From Saprospiraceae bacterium (GTDB lineage: Bacteria > Bacteroidota > Bacteroidia > Chitinophagales > Saprospiraceae), in contig JBGAWE010000045.1 of assembly GCA_044227705.1 (NCBI GenBank), positions 1 through 24,582 of the forward strand: DNA of 24,582 nt. Reading direction: 5' to 3'. Shown piece after piece: positions 9,101-16,837 of this stretch (position 1 is the stretch's first letter; every line of letters starts with the position of its first letter). The notes under the pieces were generated by a model. It worked only from the letters and a program-made list of their open reading frames with translations. It did no database searches and was not told the DNA's origin. The translations under genes and the position numbers were made by a program.

Positions 9101-12043
9101 ACCATCGACCTGGGCGACAAGACCCAGACGCCGACCATCAGCAGCCCGGGCACCTACTCGCTTTTGATAACCGACACAAACAACTCGTGCACGGCCACCG
9201 CCTCGACGACGGTCACGCAGAGCGCGGGCGTGCCGGTCATCGCCGCCGCGCCCGACGGTGTGATCTCATGTAAAAACCCGGACGTCATCATCGACGCGAC
9301 CGGCACTTCGACCGGTGCCTCCATCAGCTACGAATGGTCGACGACCAACGGCTTCATCGTCACCGGCGTGAACGACCTCCAACTGACGGTCAACGCGCCG
9401 GGCGACTACAAGCTGCTCGTTCAAAACACGAACAACGGCTGCTCCGCCACTTCAACAATCACCGTTGGCTCCGACCTCACGCCGCCCGCGGCAGAAGCTG
9501 GGCCGGGCGCGACGCTTTCCTGCGGCCAGTCTTCCGCCACCCTGGACGGGACCGGATCGAGTGCAGGGGCCAATTTCACCTACCAGTGGGCGGCCACGAA
9601 CGGCGGGACTTTCACTTCGAACTCGAACCTTACCGGCCTTTCGCCGACGGCGACCGCCGCCGGGACGTACACCATCGTTGTGACGAACGGGACGAACGGC
9701 TGCACTGCGAGCGACGACGTGATCATCAACCAGGCACCTGATGTGCCGGTGGCCGTCGTCGCGCCCGCTGCGACGCTGACGTGCGCGGTGACTTCCATTG
9801 ATTTGAGTGGAACCGGCTCCTCGACCGGCGCGGCCTATTCCTATCTCTGGACGACCCTGAACGGCACGATTTCCAATGGGAACACGTCGCTCGCGCCGAC
9901 CGTCACAAAGCCCGGCACCTATCAATTGGCGGTGACCGACAACGTGAAAGGCTGCACCTCGCTCGCCTCCGTCACCGTCGCGCAGGACACGAAGAAGCCC
10001 GATATCCAGGCAGGCCCGCCCGGTTTGCTCACCTGCATCGCCAGTCAGACCACGCTCACCGGCACGGTCACAGGGCCGGGCAACTTCACCTACCTCTGGA
10101 CGGGCGGCACCATCCAGTCGGGCGCGACGACCCTGACGCCGACCGTCACGGCAGCGGGGACGTACACCCTGCAAGTGACCGACCAGTCGAACGGATGCAC
10201 ATCGACAGCGACGACGACTGTCACCTCGAACATGGTCCTGCCGACCGCAGCCATCGAACCCCCCACCACCATCAACTGCAACTTCGCCACTGCCGAGCTT
10301 GACGCGACGGCATCGAGCACGGGCCAGTTCTCCTACAATTGGGCTGCGACAAATGGCGGCAAAATCGACGACTTGAGCAACCCGCTCGTCCCCATAGTCA
10401 GCACGGCAGGCACCTACAATTTGACAGTGACGAACAACCTCAACGGCTGCACAGCCACGGCCTCCGTCGTTGTCATCGAGGACAAGGTGCCGCCAACGGC
10501 CGTCATCGCTGCGCCCGGCCAATTGACCTGCGCTGTCCAAACTTTGACCTTGAGCGGCACCGGTTCGAGCGCGGGCGCGCCCGGTTTCACCTATCAATGG
10601 ACGACGGCAAACGGGAAAATTGACAACGGCGCAACGACCCTCTCGCCGACCATCTCGAAGCCGGGCGACTATAAACTCGTGGTGAAAAACACGTCGAACG
10701 GTTGCACGGCAACTGCCTCTGCGTCGGTCACGGCGAACACAACGGCCCCACTGGCCGTCGTCGGAACGCCGGGAGAACTGACTTGCACGAAGAAGACGGT
10801 TACGTTGAGCGGCGTCGGCTCGGCCTCGGGGCCGGGCATCACCTATTCGTGGGCGACGACGAACGGGAACATCACAACAGGGCCGACGACCCTCACGCCG
10901 GTGGTCGACAAAATCGGGACATACGTCCTCACGGTTTTTAACTCGAACAACGGCTGCTCCTCGACCGCTCAAGCGACCGTCGGGCAGAACATCGCGGCAC
11001 CGACCGTCGACGCCGGCAACCCCTCCGAACTGACCTGCGCCAACCCAACCGCCTCGCTCATCGGCACGGCCTCGCCGCAGACGAACGTCGCGTGGACAGC
11101 CCAGCCGGGCAACATCGTCAGCGGCGCGACAAGCCTCACGCCGACCGTCAACGCCGCCGGGACGTACACCATCACGGCAACAAGCACGGTGAACGGCTGC
11201 ACGGCGACCGACAAAGTCGTCATCACTGCGCAGACCAGCCAGCCGACCGATTTGCAGGTCAATTTGACCATCCCGAGCTGTCAGGGCGACGGAATCATTG
11301 CCTTCACTGGCGTTACGGGCGGAGTCGAGCCGTATGTCTACAGCATCGACGGGGGGAAAAACTGGTTCTCCGCTGCGCAGTTCGACAACGTGCTGCCCGG
11401 CCAGTACGACCTCTGGGTGCAGGACGTGAACGGCTGCAAGTACCACGAGCCGCTCGCGGTGCCGCAACCGGCCATCCCCGAGCTGACGATGGTGCCGGAA
11501 ATCCAGCTCAACTTCGGCGACAGCATCACGCTCGACGCGAAGCTCAACGCCGGGTTCCCGCTCAACCAAGTCGACACCATCATCTGGACGCCGACGACCG
11601 GCCTGACCTTCGCCGGCAACTCGGTCAACGCGCTGCTGCACCCGTCGGTCAAGCCGGTCAAAAACTCGACCTACAAAGTCACGCTGATCTCGGTCGCTGG
11701 CTGCCAGACGACAGCCTCCGTCAACATCAAGGTCGACCGCGACCCGCACGTCTACATCCCCAACGCCATCAGCCCGTGGAACGCGGAGGGGCTGAACGAC
11801 CAGCTCATCATCTTCGCAAACCCGGCGCAGGTGCTGGAAATCACGGCCTTCGAGATGTTCGACCGCTGGGGCGACAAGGTCTGGGCCGACTACGGCTTCC
11901 AGCCCAACGAACCGGCGCACGGCTGGTCGAGCGTCGTCCGCAACAAGCAGCTCAACCCTGGGGTTTACGTCTATTGGGCGAACATCAAGTTCATCGACAA
12001 CCGCGAGGTGCTCTACAAAGGCGACGTGACCATCGTCCGATAA
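6197..12043 (+). CDS. giant cell-surface adhesin with SprB-type repeats, about 13 tandem ~90-aa repeats and a T9SS type-B C-terminal domain (gliding-motility-associated CTD); the frame is open from 6071
   Basis: 1948-aa ORF (track start is the GTG at 6197; frame 2 has been open since the TAA at 6068-6070). SprB-type repeats: CGSSTNGSINTTVTGGSPAYTYKWTP..GTYTVTVTDSHQCTATNSF. Tandem units: ..LTC....GtGSS.GpN.tYqWT..nG.I......L.PTV...GtYtL.VTd..NGCT.T..v.V... The C-terminus YIPNAISPWNAEGLNDQLIIF..FEMFDRWGDKVW....GWSSVVRNKQLNPGVYVYWANIKF..GDVTIVR matches the TIGR04131-type T9SS CTD. Confidence 0.8.
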   Translation: MGINTVNHLLNTGYFRNNQPATANNCTPLPAAGASANELQFDGLTTVLTAVATVIPCSTYHIKLKIGDVGDGVFDSAVFLKAGSFDGGGNASLSLEVAGNPDDDTATEGCENAKFIFTRSGTSLNLPVVVNYTISGTATSGADYAPIPGSILIPAGQTMAMIPVNVINDGIAESVENLRIKLLHPCSCSEPYIDLFIEDYNPMILMSDTVQQCGPGVVNIEPTVTYGVEPYTYNWNTGQNTPNISPFVNVSQNYTLTVTDFCGKTKSIKTYVNVYPPPKATGGGQAFLCNGTGTANLTINFSGGGPWTFTYSYNGVIEDPIGPIYTSPYILTVDQPGIYALVDCTNEEGCDGAAVGVFTVLSVDMSITGIVTDVLCGSSTNGSINTTVTGGSPAYTYKWTPVLGNIADPVNLGAGTYTVTVTDSHQCTATNSFTIKPGTILTATPSNIVTADCAHPTGGGATANVTGGQPGYTYLWSNGASSNPLVNVGPGNVTVTITDAQGCTVAMTVAIPGDFAPPTANAAANGQITCQNQNVPMSGAGSSSGPNISYQWTTVGGAFSGPTDLLNAIAVAPGQYSIVVTDSNNGCTATKSVDITASADIPAANASAPDPLTCTVSTVGLSGAGTATGPGITYQWSGPGLAGDPNSLNPSATAPGTYTLVVSDANSGCTNTSQAVVDLDNTLPQAVIAQPGILNCTSASVILNAIGTSTGPNFTYQWTGAGLQSGQTTLQPTVTAAGTFTILVTNTTNGCTTTTSTTVGADNSLPTAVIAQPTTLTCTTQQFSLDASGSSFGGNFDINWTTVGGNYLLGTNGLNPTINAPGQYVLTITNLSSQCTATANVTVGQNIATPVADAGQPQELTCALLSAQIGTASSPNLTYNWSGAGLSSNTVSNPTASQQGTYYLTVTDTANGCTADASVVISENNTAPQITVAPGGQLTCQVTSMDLSAAGSSAGPNFLYQWTASNGGTIDLGDKTQTPTISSPGTYSLLITDTNNSCTATASTTVTQSAGVPVIAAAPDGVISCKNPDVIIDATGTSTGASISYEWSTTNGFIVTGVNDLQLTVNAPGDYKLLVQNTNNGCSATSTITVGSDLTPPAAEAGPGATLSCGQSSATLDGTGSSAGANFTYQWAATNGGTFTSNSNLTGLSPTATAAGTYTIVVTNGTNGCTASDDVIINQAPDVPVAVVAPAATLTCAVTSIDLSGTGSSTGAAYSYLWTTLNGTISNGNTSLAPTVTKPGTYQLAVTDNVKGCTSLASVTVAQDTKKPDIQAGPPGLLTCIASQTTLTGTVTGPGNFTYLWTGGTIQSGATTLTPTVTAAGTYTLQVTDQSNGCTSTATTTVTSNMVLPTAAIEPPTTINCNFATAELDATASSTGQFSYNWAATNGGKIDDLSNPLVPIVSTAGTYNLTVTNNLNGCTATASVVVIEDKVPPTAVIAAPGQLTCAVQTLTLSGTGSSAGAPGFTYQWTTANGKIDNGATTLSPTISKPGDYKLVVKNTSNGCTATASASVTANTTAPLAVVGTPGELTCTKKTVTLSGVGSASGPGITYSWATTNGNITTGPTTLTPVVDKIGTYVLTVFNSNNGCSSTAQATVGQNIAAPTVDAGNPSELTCANPTASLIGTASPQTNVAWTAQPGNIVSGATSLTPTVNAAGTYTITATSTVNGCTATDKVVITAQTSQPTDLQVNLTIPSCQGDGIIAFTGVTGGVEPYVYSIDGGKNWFSAAQFDNVLPGQYDLWVQDVNGCKYHEPLAVPQPAIPELTMVPEIQLNFGDSITLDAKLNAGFPLNQVDTIIWTPTTGLTFAGNSVNALLHPSVKPVKNSTYKVTLISVAGCQTTASVNIKVDRDPHVYIPNAISPWNAEGLNDQLIIFANPAQVLEITAFEMFDRWGDKVWADYGFQPNEPAHGWSSVVRNKQLNPGVYVYWANIKFIDNREVLYKGDVTIVR
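7740..11250 (+). repeat. array of about 13 imperfect tandem repeats of 255-285 bp (protein-coding, inside the adhesin gene)
   Basis: Recurring cores aacggctgcac(g/t)gc (NGCTA), tatcaatggac (YQWT) and ctgacctgc (LTC) at roughly 270-bp spacing. Identical 20-mers recur, e.g. accgtcgggcagaacatcgc at about 8720 and about 10977. Confidence 0.7.
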
Positions 12044-12063
12044 GAAACAAATGTTTTATAGGA

Positions 12064-12100
12064 GCATGCCCCCGGCCGCGTGGCCGGGGGCATTTTTTTG
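12064..12100 (+). terminator. rho-independent terminator of the adhesin gene
   Basis: GCATGCCCCCGGCC-gcgt-GGCCGGGGGCAT followed by TTTTTTT, 20 nt after the TAA at 12041-12043. Confidence 0.8.
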
Positions 12101-12118
12101 CTCCAAATTTTGGGGGAC

Positions 12119-12592
12119 ATGATTGAAATCAGGGAATACGAAGCCGCTTTCCAAGCCCAAATTCCGGGCCTTATCGTGGGCATTCAAAACGGCGAGTTCG
12201 GTGTGCCGATAACTCTCGCCGACCAGCCCGACTTGCTGGACATCCCCAATTTCTACCAGTCCGGCCGGGGAAATTTCTGGGTCGCCGTCGATGGAAGAGG
12301 AGAGGTGGTCGGCACCATCGCGCTCATAGATGCCAGGTCGGAGTTTGGGGTCATCCGAAAAATGTTCGTCAGGAAGGACAGTCGCGGACCGGAACTTTCT
12401 GTGGCGGCGAGATTGTGTGATCAGCTGGAAAATTGGGCGACAAAAAACGGCTTCGCCCGACTCCTTCTTGGGACGAAACACGAGTTTCAGGCTGCCATCC
12501 GGTTTTACGCGAAGCGGGGATTTGTCGAAATCGAGAAGAGCGACCTGCCTTCAGCTTTTCCGTTGATGCCGCTCGACACCCTTCTTTTTTGA
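12119..12592 (+). CDS. GNAT family N-acetyltransferase
   Basis: ATG at 12119 (MIEIREYEA..). The track's GTG at 12080 lies inside the terminator hairpin. ..VVGTIALIDARSEFGVIRKMFVRKDSRGPELSVAARLCDQLENWATKNGFARLLLGT..AAIRFYAKRGFVEIE has GNAT motifs A and B. It lies convergent with the next gene, 14 bp apart. Confidence 0.7.
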   Translation: MIEIREYEAAFQAQIPGLIVGIQNGEFGVPITLADQPDLLDIPNFYQSGRGNFWVAVDGRGEVVGTIALIDARSEFGVIRKMFVRKDSRGPELSVAARLCDQLENWATKNGFARLLLGTKHEFQAAIRFYAKRGFVEIEKSDLPSAFPLMPLDTLLF

Positions 12593-12606
12593 GAAAAACT
12601 GGCCGC

Positions 12607-14445
12607 TTAGACCCGTATGAACTTGACGGCTTTCGTCCCCTCTTTCGACGTGAACCGAACGAGGTAGCTCCCAGCCGCCAGTCCCCTTTCTTCGATGAGG
12701 ACTTGGTGTGCCCCCTCCGGCAGTTCCGTTTTTTGGAAATAGACGCTCACCCGGCTGCCTTTTGCGTCGAACAGCTCGACCGTCACCGGCTGCCTTTCAA
12801 AAAGATAGAACGAGAAGACCGTCGCCCCGCCCGTCGGGTTGGGGAAGATGCGCGGCGTTTTGTCGTAGTCGGCTTCTGAAACAGGCGTTTCGCGCAGGAA
12901 GATGGGCGAACCTGTCAGTTTGACCTGCCGGCCGTTCACTAAATAACCCACGCCCGATGGGCCGGTCGCTGTGAAGTATTTTTCGTCAAAAGAAGTTGGG
13001 AAGGAATAATCGGCAGCCGCCGCCTCGCTCCTGTCCTTCGACGTGGCGGCCCACAGTACGTAGAGGTTCTTGCCCAGTTCGTCCTTGTATGCCACGCCCC
13101 GGATGCCGTTCGGGAGAGCCAGTTCCTTCGTCCGCGCAGCATCAACTTTCGTCCCGCGCAGCTGGTCGCTCACGGTTTTGAACGCGGTGGCGAGGGCGTT
13201 TCGCTCATTGTCGAAAGGCTGTTTTCCCTCCAGATTTTTGAAGAAGCCCATGAAGCTGAACTCGTTGTCGGTATGCGGTCCGATTTTGTTGTCCGACAGG
13301 TTGTAGACGTACATCTGGTCGATGCCCTCGGCCGGGGCCATGGCGAGGGTCTTCGTCATGAAGTTGACCTGTGCCTCGGCCGAACCAATGTAGTCACCGT
13401 ACTCCTTTCGCGGGATGTTGAACTCGGTGACGATCCAGTGCTTTTTCGGGTGCATTGAACCGTCGTATCTGAATTTGGACAGCACAAGATCGAAGTCCGC
13501 CTTCTTTTTCCATACTCCGTCGACGCAGGCGTCGCTGTGGCGGAAGTGCCGAAAGCCCGCGATGCTGTTGTCCCAAGCCCGGGTTGCGCCCTCGATATGC
13601 GGATAGCTGTGGTAGGAAAGGCAGTCGAAATAGGCGCCGCCCTTTTTGGGGAATTGGGAGGTCACCTTGCCGCCGTTCGGGTTGTCGGTGTTTCGCAGCA
13701 AAACGTCGAGATAGCTCGGATACCCGATGCCGCCCACGCAGACGAACTCGTCGGGGTTGTAGTCCTTGATAACCTCGTAGGCGATTCGCAGCAGGCGGAT
13801 ATAGTGGTAAACAGGCGCATAGGTCGTCGTCTCACAGGCCTGCGGCGTATTGAGCCACCAGTTGTTCTCGATGGTCGACGGCTTCCAGGCGTTGCCGCCG
13901 ATGTCGAAATCCGGCTCGTTCCAAATCTCCCAAAACCGGACATACGGGCCGTAGACCTGCACAGTCTTCCAGATGTAGAGGGCGGCGGGGTTGTCGTCGT
14001 TGACGGGGGTGCCGTTCTCGCCGTCGTCCCAGATCGGGAGGTACATGTTTTTGAAGAACACGCTCATGTGGCCGGGGCAGTGTTCGGTCGAGTCGCGGTG
14101 CCTCGGTGCGGGGAAGCCGAGGAAAACAGTGTTGTTCTTCAACCCGATGGAATCATAAAACCGGAAAGTGCTCTCGCGGATGGTGTACCCCCAGTAATCA
14201 AGAAATTCCTCGGGCAAGGCGGGCCGGATGCAGTTGACCCCGATGCCGGGCGTGGAGCCGTCGGGCAGGCCGCGCACGAGGGCGGCGAGGGTCTCGTCGG
14301 TGTAGGGCGGGTAGACGCCCATGTTGGAGCCGAAGCCGAAGGGATGGGAATAGAGCGGCACGACCTCGTCGGCGGTGAAACCGGGCTGCGCGGAGCAAGC
14401 CGTGCGCAACAGCAGGAAGACGAGAGGGGCGAAGTTTTTCACCAT
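12607..14445 (-). CDS. secreted glycoside hydrolase (clan GH-A TIM barrel) with a T9SS type-A C-terminal sorting domain
   Basis: 612 aa with signal peptide MVKNFAPLVFLLLRTACSAQ. ..VRFWEIWNEPD.. fits a clan GH-A acid/base Glu and ..HWIVTEFNIP.. a nucleophile Glu. The C-terminal ~85 aa ..RIFPNPTGGATVFSFYL..VELFDAKGSRV......LAAGSYLVRFTSKEG..KFIRV match Por_Secre_tail (TIGR04183). The exact GH family is not assignable by eye. Confidence 0.65.
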   Translation of the reverse strand: MVKNFAPLVFLLLRTACSAQPGFTADEVVPLYSHPFGFGSNMGVYPPYTDETLAALVRGLPDGSTPGIGVNCIRPALPEEFLDYWGYTIRESTFRFYDSIGLKNNTVFLGFPAPRHRDSTEHCPGHMSVFFKNMYLPIWDDGENGTPVNDDNPAALYIWKTVQVYGPYVRFWEIWNEPDFDIGGNAWKPSTIENNWWLNTPQACETTTYAPVYHYIRLLRIAYEVIKDYNPDEFVCVGGIGYPSYLDVLLRNTDNPNGGKVTSQFPKKGGAYFDCLSYHSYPHIEGATRAWDNSIAGFRHFRHSDACVDGVWKKKADFDLVLSKFRYDGSMHPKKHWIVTEFNIPRKEYGDYIGSAEAQVNFMTKTLAMAPAEGIDQMYVYNLSDNKIGPHTDNEFSFMGFFKNLEGKQPFDNERNALATAFKTVSDQLRGTKVDAARTKELALPNGIRGVAYKDELGKNLYVLWAATSKDRSEAAAADYSFPTSFDEKYFTATGPSGVGYLVNGRQVKLTGSPIFLRETPVSEADYDKTPRIFPNPTGGATVFSFYLFERQPVTVELFDAKGSRVSVYFQKTELPEGAHQVLIEERGLAAGSYLVRFTSKEGTKAVKFIRV

Positions 14446-14465
14446 AGTGCAAGTTTGATTTCGAT

Positions 14466-14509
14466 TAAAAAGAAAAACCGCACGGCCCCCTTTCGAGCGA
14501 CCGTGCGGT
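14466..14509 (-). terminator. rho-independent terminator after the HhH-domain gene
   Basis: The minus strand reads ACCGCACGG-tcgctcgaaaggggg-CCGTGCGGT followed by TTTTTCTTTTT (plus strand aaaaagaaaaACCGCACGG...CCGTGCGGT). Confidence 0.6.
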
Positions 14510-14523
14510 CTGTGGAAGCCGAA

Positions 14524-15471
14524 TCACTCGGGCCGTTTCCCGGCGTTCAAAAAGCCCTGATATGCTTTTAGGTTTTCCCATTCGCCGTTGGCGGCAAGGA
14601 GGGCCTGCGCGGGCCAAGTGCCGGGGTCGTGGATGGCGAAACGGCCGCCGGCCGTGTCGAGTATCTCCTTCAAGCGAGCGACCGAGGTGGTCGAAAGCTC
14701 GGCGAAGGTGTTGATGCCGTTGCTGTTGAGCAGTTCCTGAATCTTTGGGCCTATGCCTTCGACGACTTTGAGGTCGTCCGCCGCGACAGCGGCTGGTTCA
14801 TCCGAAATCAGGAGTGCCTCATCGGGGATGATATCGGGGGTGACATAGACGCCGTTCGTTGGTTTTTCGATTTGCTCTACGACGGGTTTTTCCTCTAAAA
14901 TCTCAGCCTCGGCGGCGGCTTCATAACCACCGACTTCACGGCCAGCTTTCAACTGGTCTTGCCAGTTTTTCAAAGCCTCCCAATCGCCCGAGTCCGCTAG
15001 GCGGGCCTGTTCGGACCACGTCGAGGGATCGTGCATCTTGTAGCGGTTGCCGGCGGCGGCGAGGATTTCGCGCAGCCTTTCCTCCGAGGTCTCGGAAAGC
15101 TGGCGGAAGGTGGAAATCCCCTCTGCGTTCAAGACCTGCTCGATTTTTGGCCCGATGCCCTCGATGATGCGCAGGTCGTCGGCCGAGGCGGCCGGGGTGA
15201 ACGAGAAGACCGGTGCGTAGGCCGGGCTATCCTCTTTGGGTTCAGCAGCCGGCTCGGCCTCCGGTCTGGCCGTCTCATCGACATAAGGCTGGTGGACAAT
15301 CACCCGTTCGATGGTGACCGGTTTGCCCGTGTAGGTGTTCACGACGACCCGCTCCTCGACCTCAACGGTTGGCTCGGCGGCCGGGCGCTTCGATTTCAAC
15401 CGGCGGCACTTCCGCGACAACAGCGGGCACCTCGACTTCAACCTCATCCAGTTCGATGGCAAGATTTTCAA
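14524..15471 (-). CDS. C-terminal part of a membrane-anchored protein: acidic Val/Glu/Pro-rich linker plus two tandem ~80-aa helix-hairpin-helix-type domains. Probably the same gene as 15362..15979, joined across a frameshift
   Basis: Two copies of DDL[RK][IV][IV]EGIGPKI[EQ].[LV]LN..GI.TF..LS.TS..RL.EIL..AG.R......TW..QA.LA..G[DE]WE.LK..Q. The first 40 track residues (MKILPSNWMRLKSRCPLL..) look like out-of-frame noise. Real sequence resumes at ..AAEPTVEVEERVVV, which continues the composition of the upstream ORF. Confidence 0.55.
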   Translation of the reverse strand: MKILPSNWMRLKSRCPLLSRKCRRLKSKRPAAEPTVEVEERVVVNTYTGKPVTIERVIVHQPYVDETARPEAEPAAEPKEDSPAYAPVFSFTPAASADDLRIIEGIGPKIEQVLNAEGISTFRQLSETSEERLREILAAAGNRYKMHDPSTWSEQARLADSGDWEALKNWQDQLKAGREVGGYEAAAEAEILEEKPVVEQIEKPTNGVYVTPDIIPDEALLISDEPAAVAADDLKVVEGIGPKIQELLNSNGINTFAELSTTSVARLKEILDTAGGRFAIHDPGTWPAQALLAANGEWENLKAYQGFLNAGKRPE

Positions 15472-15979
15472 TTACCGGCTCGACGACGGGCGCTTCGACG
15501 ACAGCCTCTTCGACTGCCGGCAAATCCTCGACAAGACTTTCAATATGGACGTCGACCGGCGACTCAATCACCTCCATCGGCACCTCGGCCGGGCGGAGCG
15601 CGGCCAGTTCGGTTTCGAGCGCCGCCGCCCGTTCGCGCCAGTGGGCGACCTGCCCGGAAAGGTGCTGCGCGCGCGCCTCCGTGTCGTGGTGGTCGGCGGT
15701 CAGCGAGTCGATGCGGGTGCGCATGGTGAGGTTGTCGCCGTCGAGCTGCGCGATTTTTTTGTTGAGGGTGTCGACCTCAAGCTCTTTCAGGCCAAGGCTT
15801 GCCTTTGCCGTCTCGTGCTCGGCGAGGAGGGCATCGTAGGCCGCCTTGAACCGGTTCCAAAGGAGCCAGCCCATCCAGAGGCCGAGCAAAAAGGCTCCCG
15901 CCAGCATGACGAGGATTTCGAGCGTGTGGGTGGTCGTGGTGCCCGTGCCGGGGCCGATGACTGGGTTTTGTTCGAACAT
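15362..15979 (-). CDS. N-terminal part of the same protein: one TM helix, ~90-aa coiled coil and an acidic repetitive linker
   Basis: MFEQNPVIGPGTGTTTTHTLEILVMLAGAFLLGLWMGWLLW (TM), then LLAEHETAKASLGLKELEVDTLNKKIAQLDGDNLTMRTRIDSL.. (coiled coil), then VEEAVVEAPVVEPVIENLAIELDEVEVEVPAVVAEVPPVEIEAP. It ends GRRANR* where the other frame continues AAEPTVEVEE. Confidence 0.55.
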   Translation of the reverse strand: MFEQNPVIGPGTGTTTTHTLEILVMLAGAFLLGLWMGWLLWNRFKAAYDALLAEHETAKASLGLKELEVDTLNKKIAQLDGDNLTMRTRIDSLTADHHDTEARAQHLSGQVAHWRERAAALETELAALRPAEVPMEVIESPVDVHIESLVEDLPAVEEAVVEAPVVEPVIENLAIELDEVEVEVPAVVAEVPPVEIEAPGRRANR

Positions 15980-16013
15980 TGCTTTGAGTTGCTGATAGTT
16001 GATGTTTGATAGG

Positions 16014-16646
16014 TCAGTTTCCGAGGACGACCTCGACGCGCCGGTTCTGCCGCCGCCCCTCGGGGTTGTCGTTGCTGCCGACGGGCTGGCTCTCGCCCTT
16101 GCCGACGGTCTTGATCTGGTGGGCGGCCACGCCTTTTTCTTTCAAAATGTCGCGGATGTTCTTCGCCCGCCGCTCGCTGACGAGGATGTTGGTCTTCGGG
16201 TCGCCCACCGCGTCGGTGTGGCCGACGAGCGTCACGGTCTTGCCGCTGGATTTCAGGTTCTCGGCCAGTCGCGAGAGGTAGTCGTCGACGTCGGCGTTGG
16301 CCTGTTTGTCGAGCTTGTTGTAGTCGTAGTGGATGACCACGCGGTCGGAAAGCTCCTCGACGGTTGAGCTTTTTGTCGCAGCTTTCGGCTCTGTTTTAGG
16401 GGCGGGCGGCTCCGATTTGGGGGCGGGTTCGGCGACGGCAGGGGCCTCTTCTTTGGTTGGCTCGGCCGCGACGGTTTGCTGCGTGGGTTCGGGTTCTGCG
16501 GGGGGGGCCTGCGCGATGGGCTGCTCGGGTATCCGGCTCATCTCGACCGGGCTGGCGCACCGCTCCTTGATGTGGCAGACGTACCAGTTGCGGCAGAGGA
16601 AGCACCAAATGGCGAAGGCCAGAAGGGGGAAGATTCTCGTACTCAT
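16014..16646 (-). CDS. OmpA-family (peptidoglycan-binding OmpA_C domain) membrane-anchored protein
   Basis: N-terminal hydrophobic anchor IFPLLAFAIWCFLC and a Pro/Glu/Ala-rich linker. The C-terminal ..VTLVGHTDAVGDPKTNILVSERRAKNIRDILKEKGVAAHQIKTVGKGESQPVGSNDNPEGRRQNRRVEVVL is the OmpA/MotB signature. Confidence 0.85.
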   Translation of the reverse strand: MSTRIFPLLAFAIWCFLCRNWYVCHIKERCASPVEMSRIPEQPIAQAPPAEPEPTQQTVAAEPTKEEAPAVAEPAPKSEPPAPKTEPKAATKSSTVEELSDRVVIHYDYNKLDKQANADVDDYLSRLAENLKSSGKTVTLVGHTDAVGDPKTNILVSERRAKNIRDILKEKGVAAHQIKTVGKGESQPVGSNDNPEGRRQNRRVEVVLGN

Positions 16647-16837
16647 AGTTGGTTGCGTTCGGATTTTTCGCGGTCCGCGCCGCGCAATTGGCTGAAAATC
16701 AACGGCAAATAAAAAACACGGGCCGTGATTTATTCAAACCGGAATTCAAAACAGGAGAAAATGGCCGGTCCGGACATCGTTCGCCCAGGGTTTGTTTTCC
16801 TGAAAAAACTCCGGGACTTGGCGAAAAAAAACGGCGC

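Noticed and set aside
7740-11250. The ~270-bp periodicity considered as a possible CRISPR array
   Set aside because: The units are about 270 bp, not 25-50 bp. They are divergent, with no spacer/repeat alternation, and the whole region is one continuous open reading frame encoding repeated protein domains. No CRISPR-like array was found anywhere in the window.
9452-11920. 822-aa minus-strand ORF, plus many 60-250-aa ORFs on both strands between 6.2 and 12.0 kb
   Set aside because: All lie inside or antisense to the adhesin reading frame. Their translations are Arg/Gly/Asp-rich low-complexity strings typical of alternative frames in high-GC coding DNA. The sense frame has clear domain repeats and a T9SS CTD.
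12080-12118. GTG start at 12080 for the GNAT gene (track ORF 12080..12592)
   Set aside because: The GTG lies inside the stem of the adhesin terminator hairpin (12064-12100). The ATG at 12119, just after the T-tract, is the more plausible start.
13537-14571. 344-aa plus-strand ORF
   Set aside because: Antisense to the well-supported glycoside hydrolase gene (12607..14445), with no recognisable motifs.
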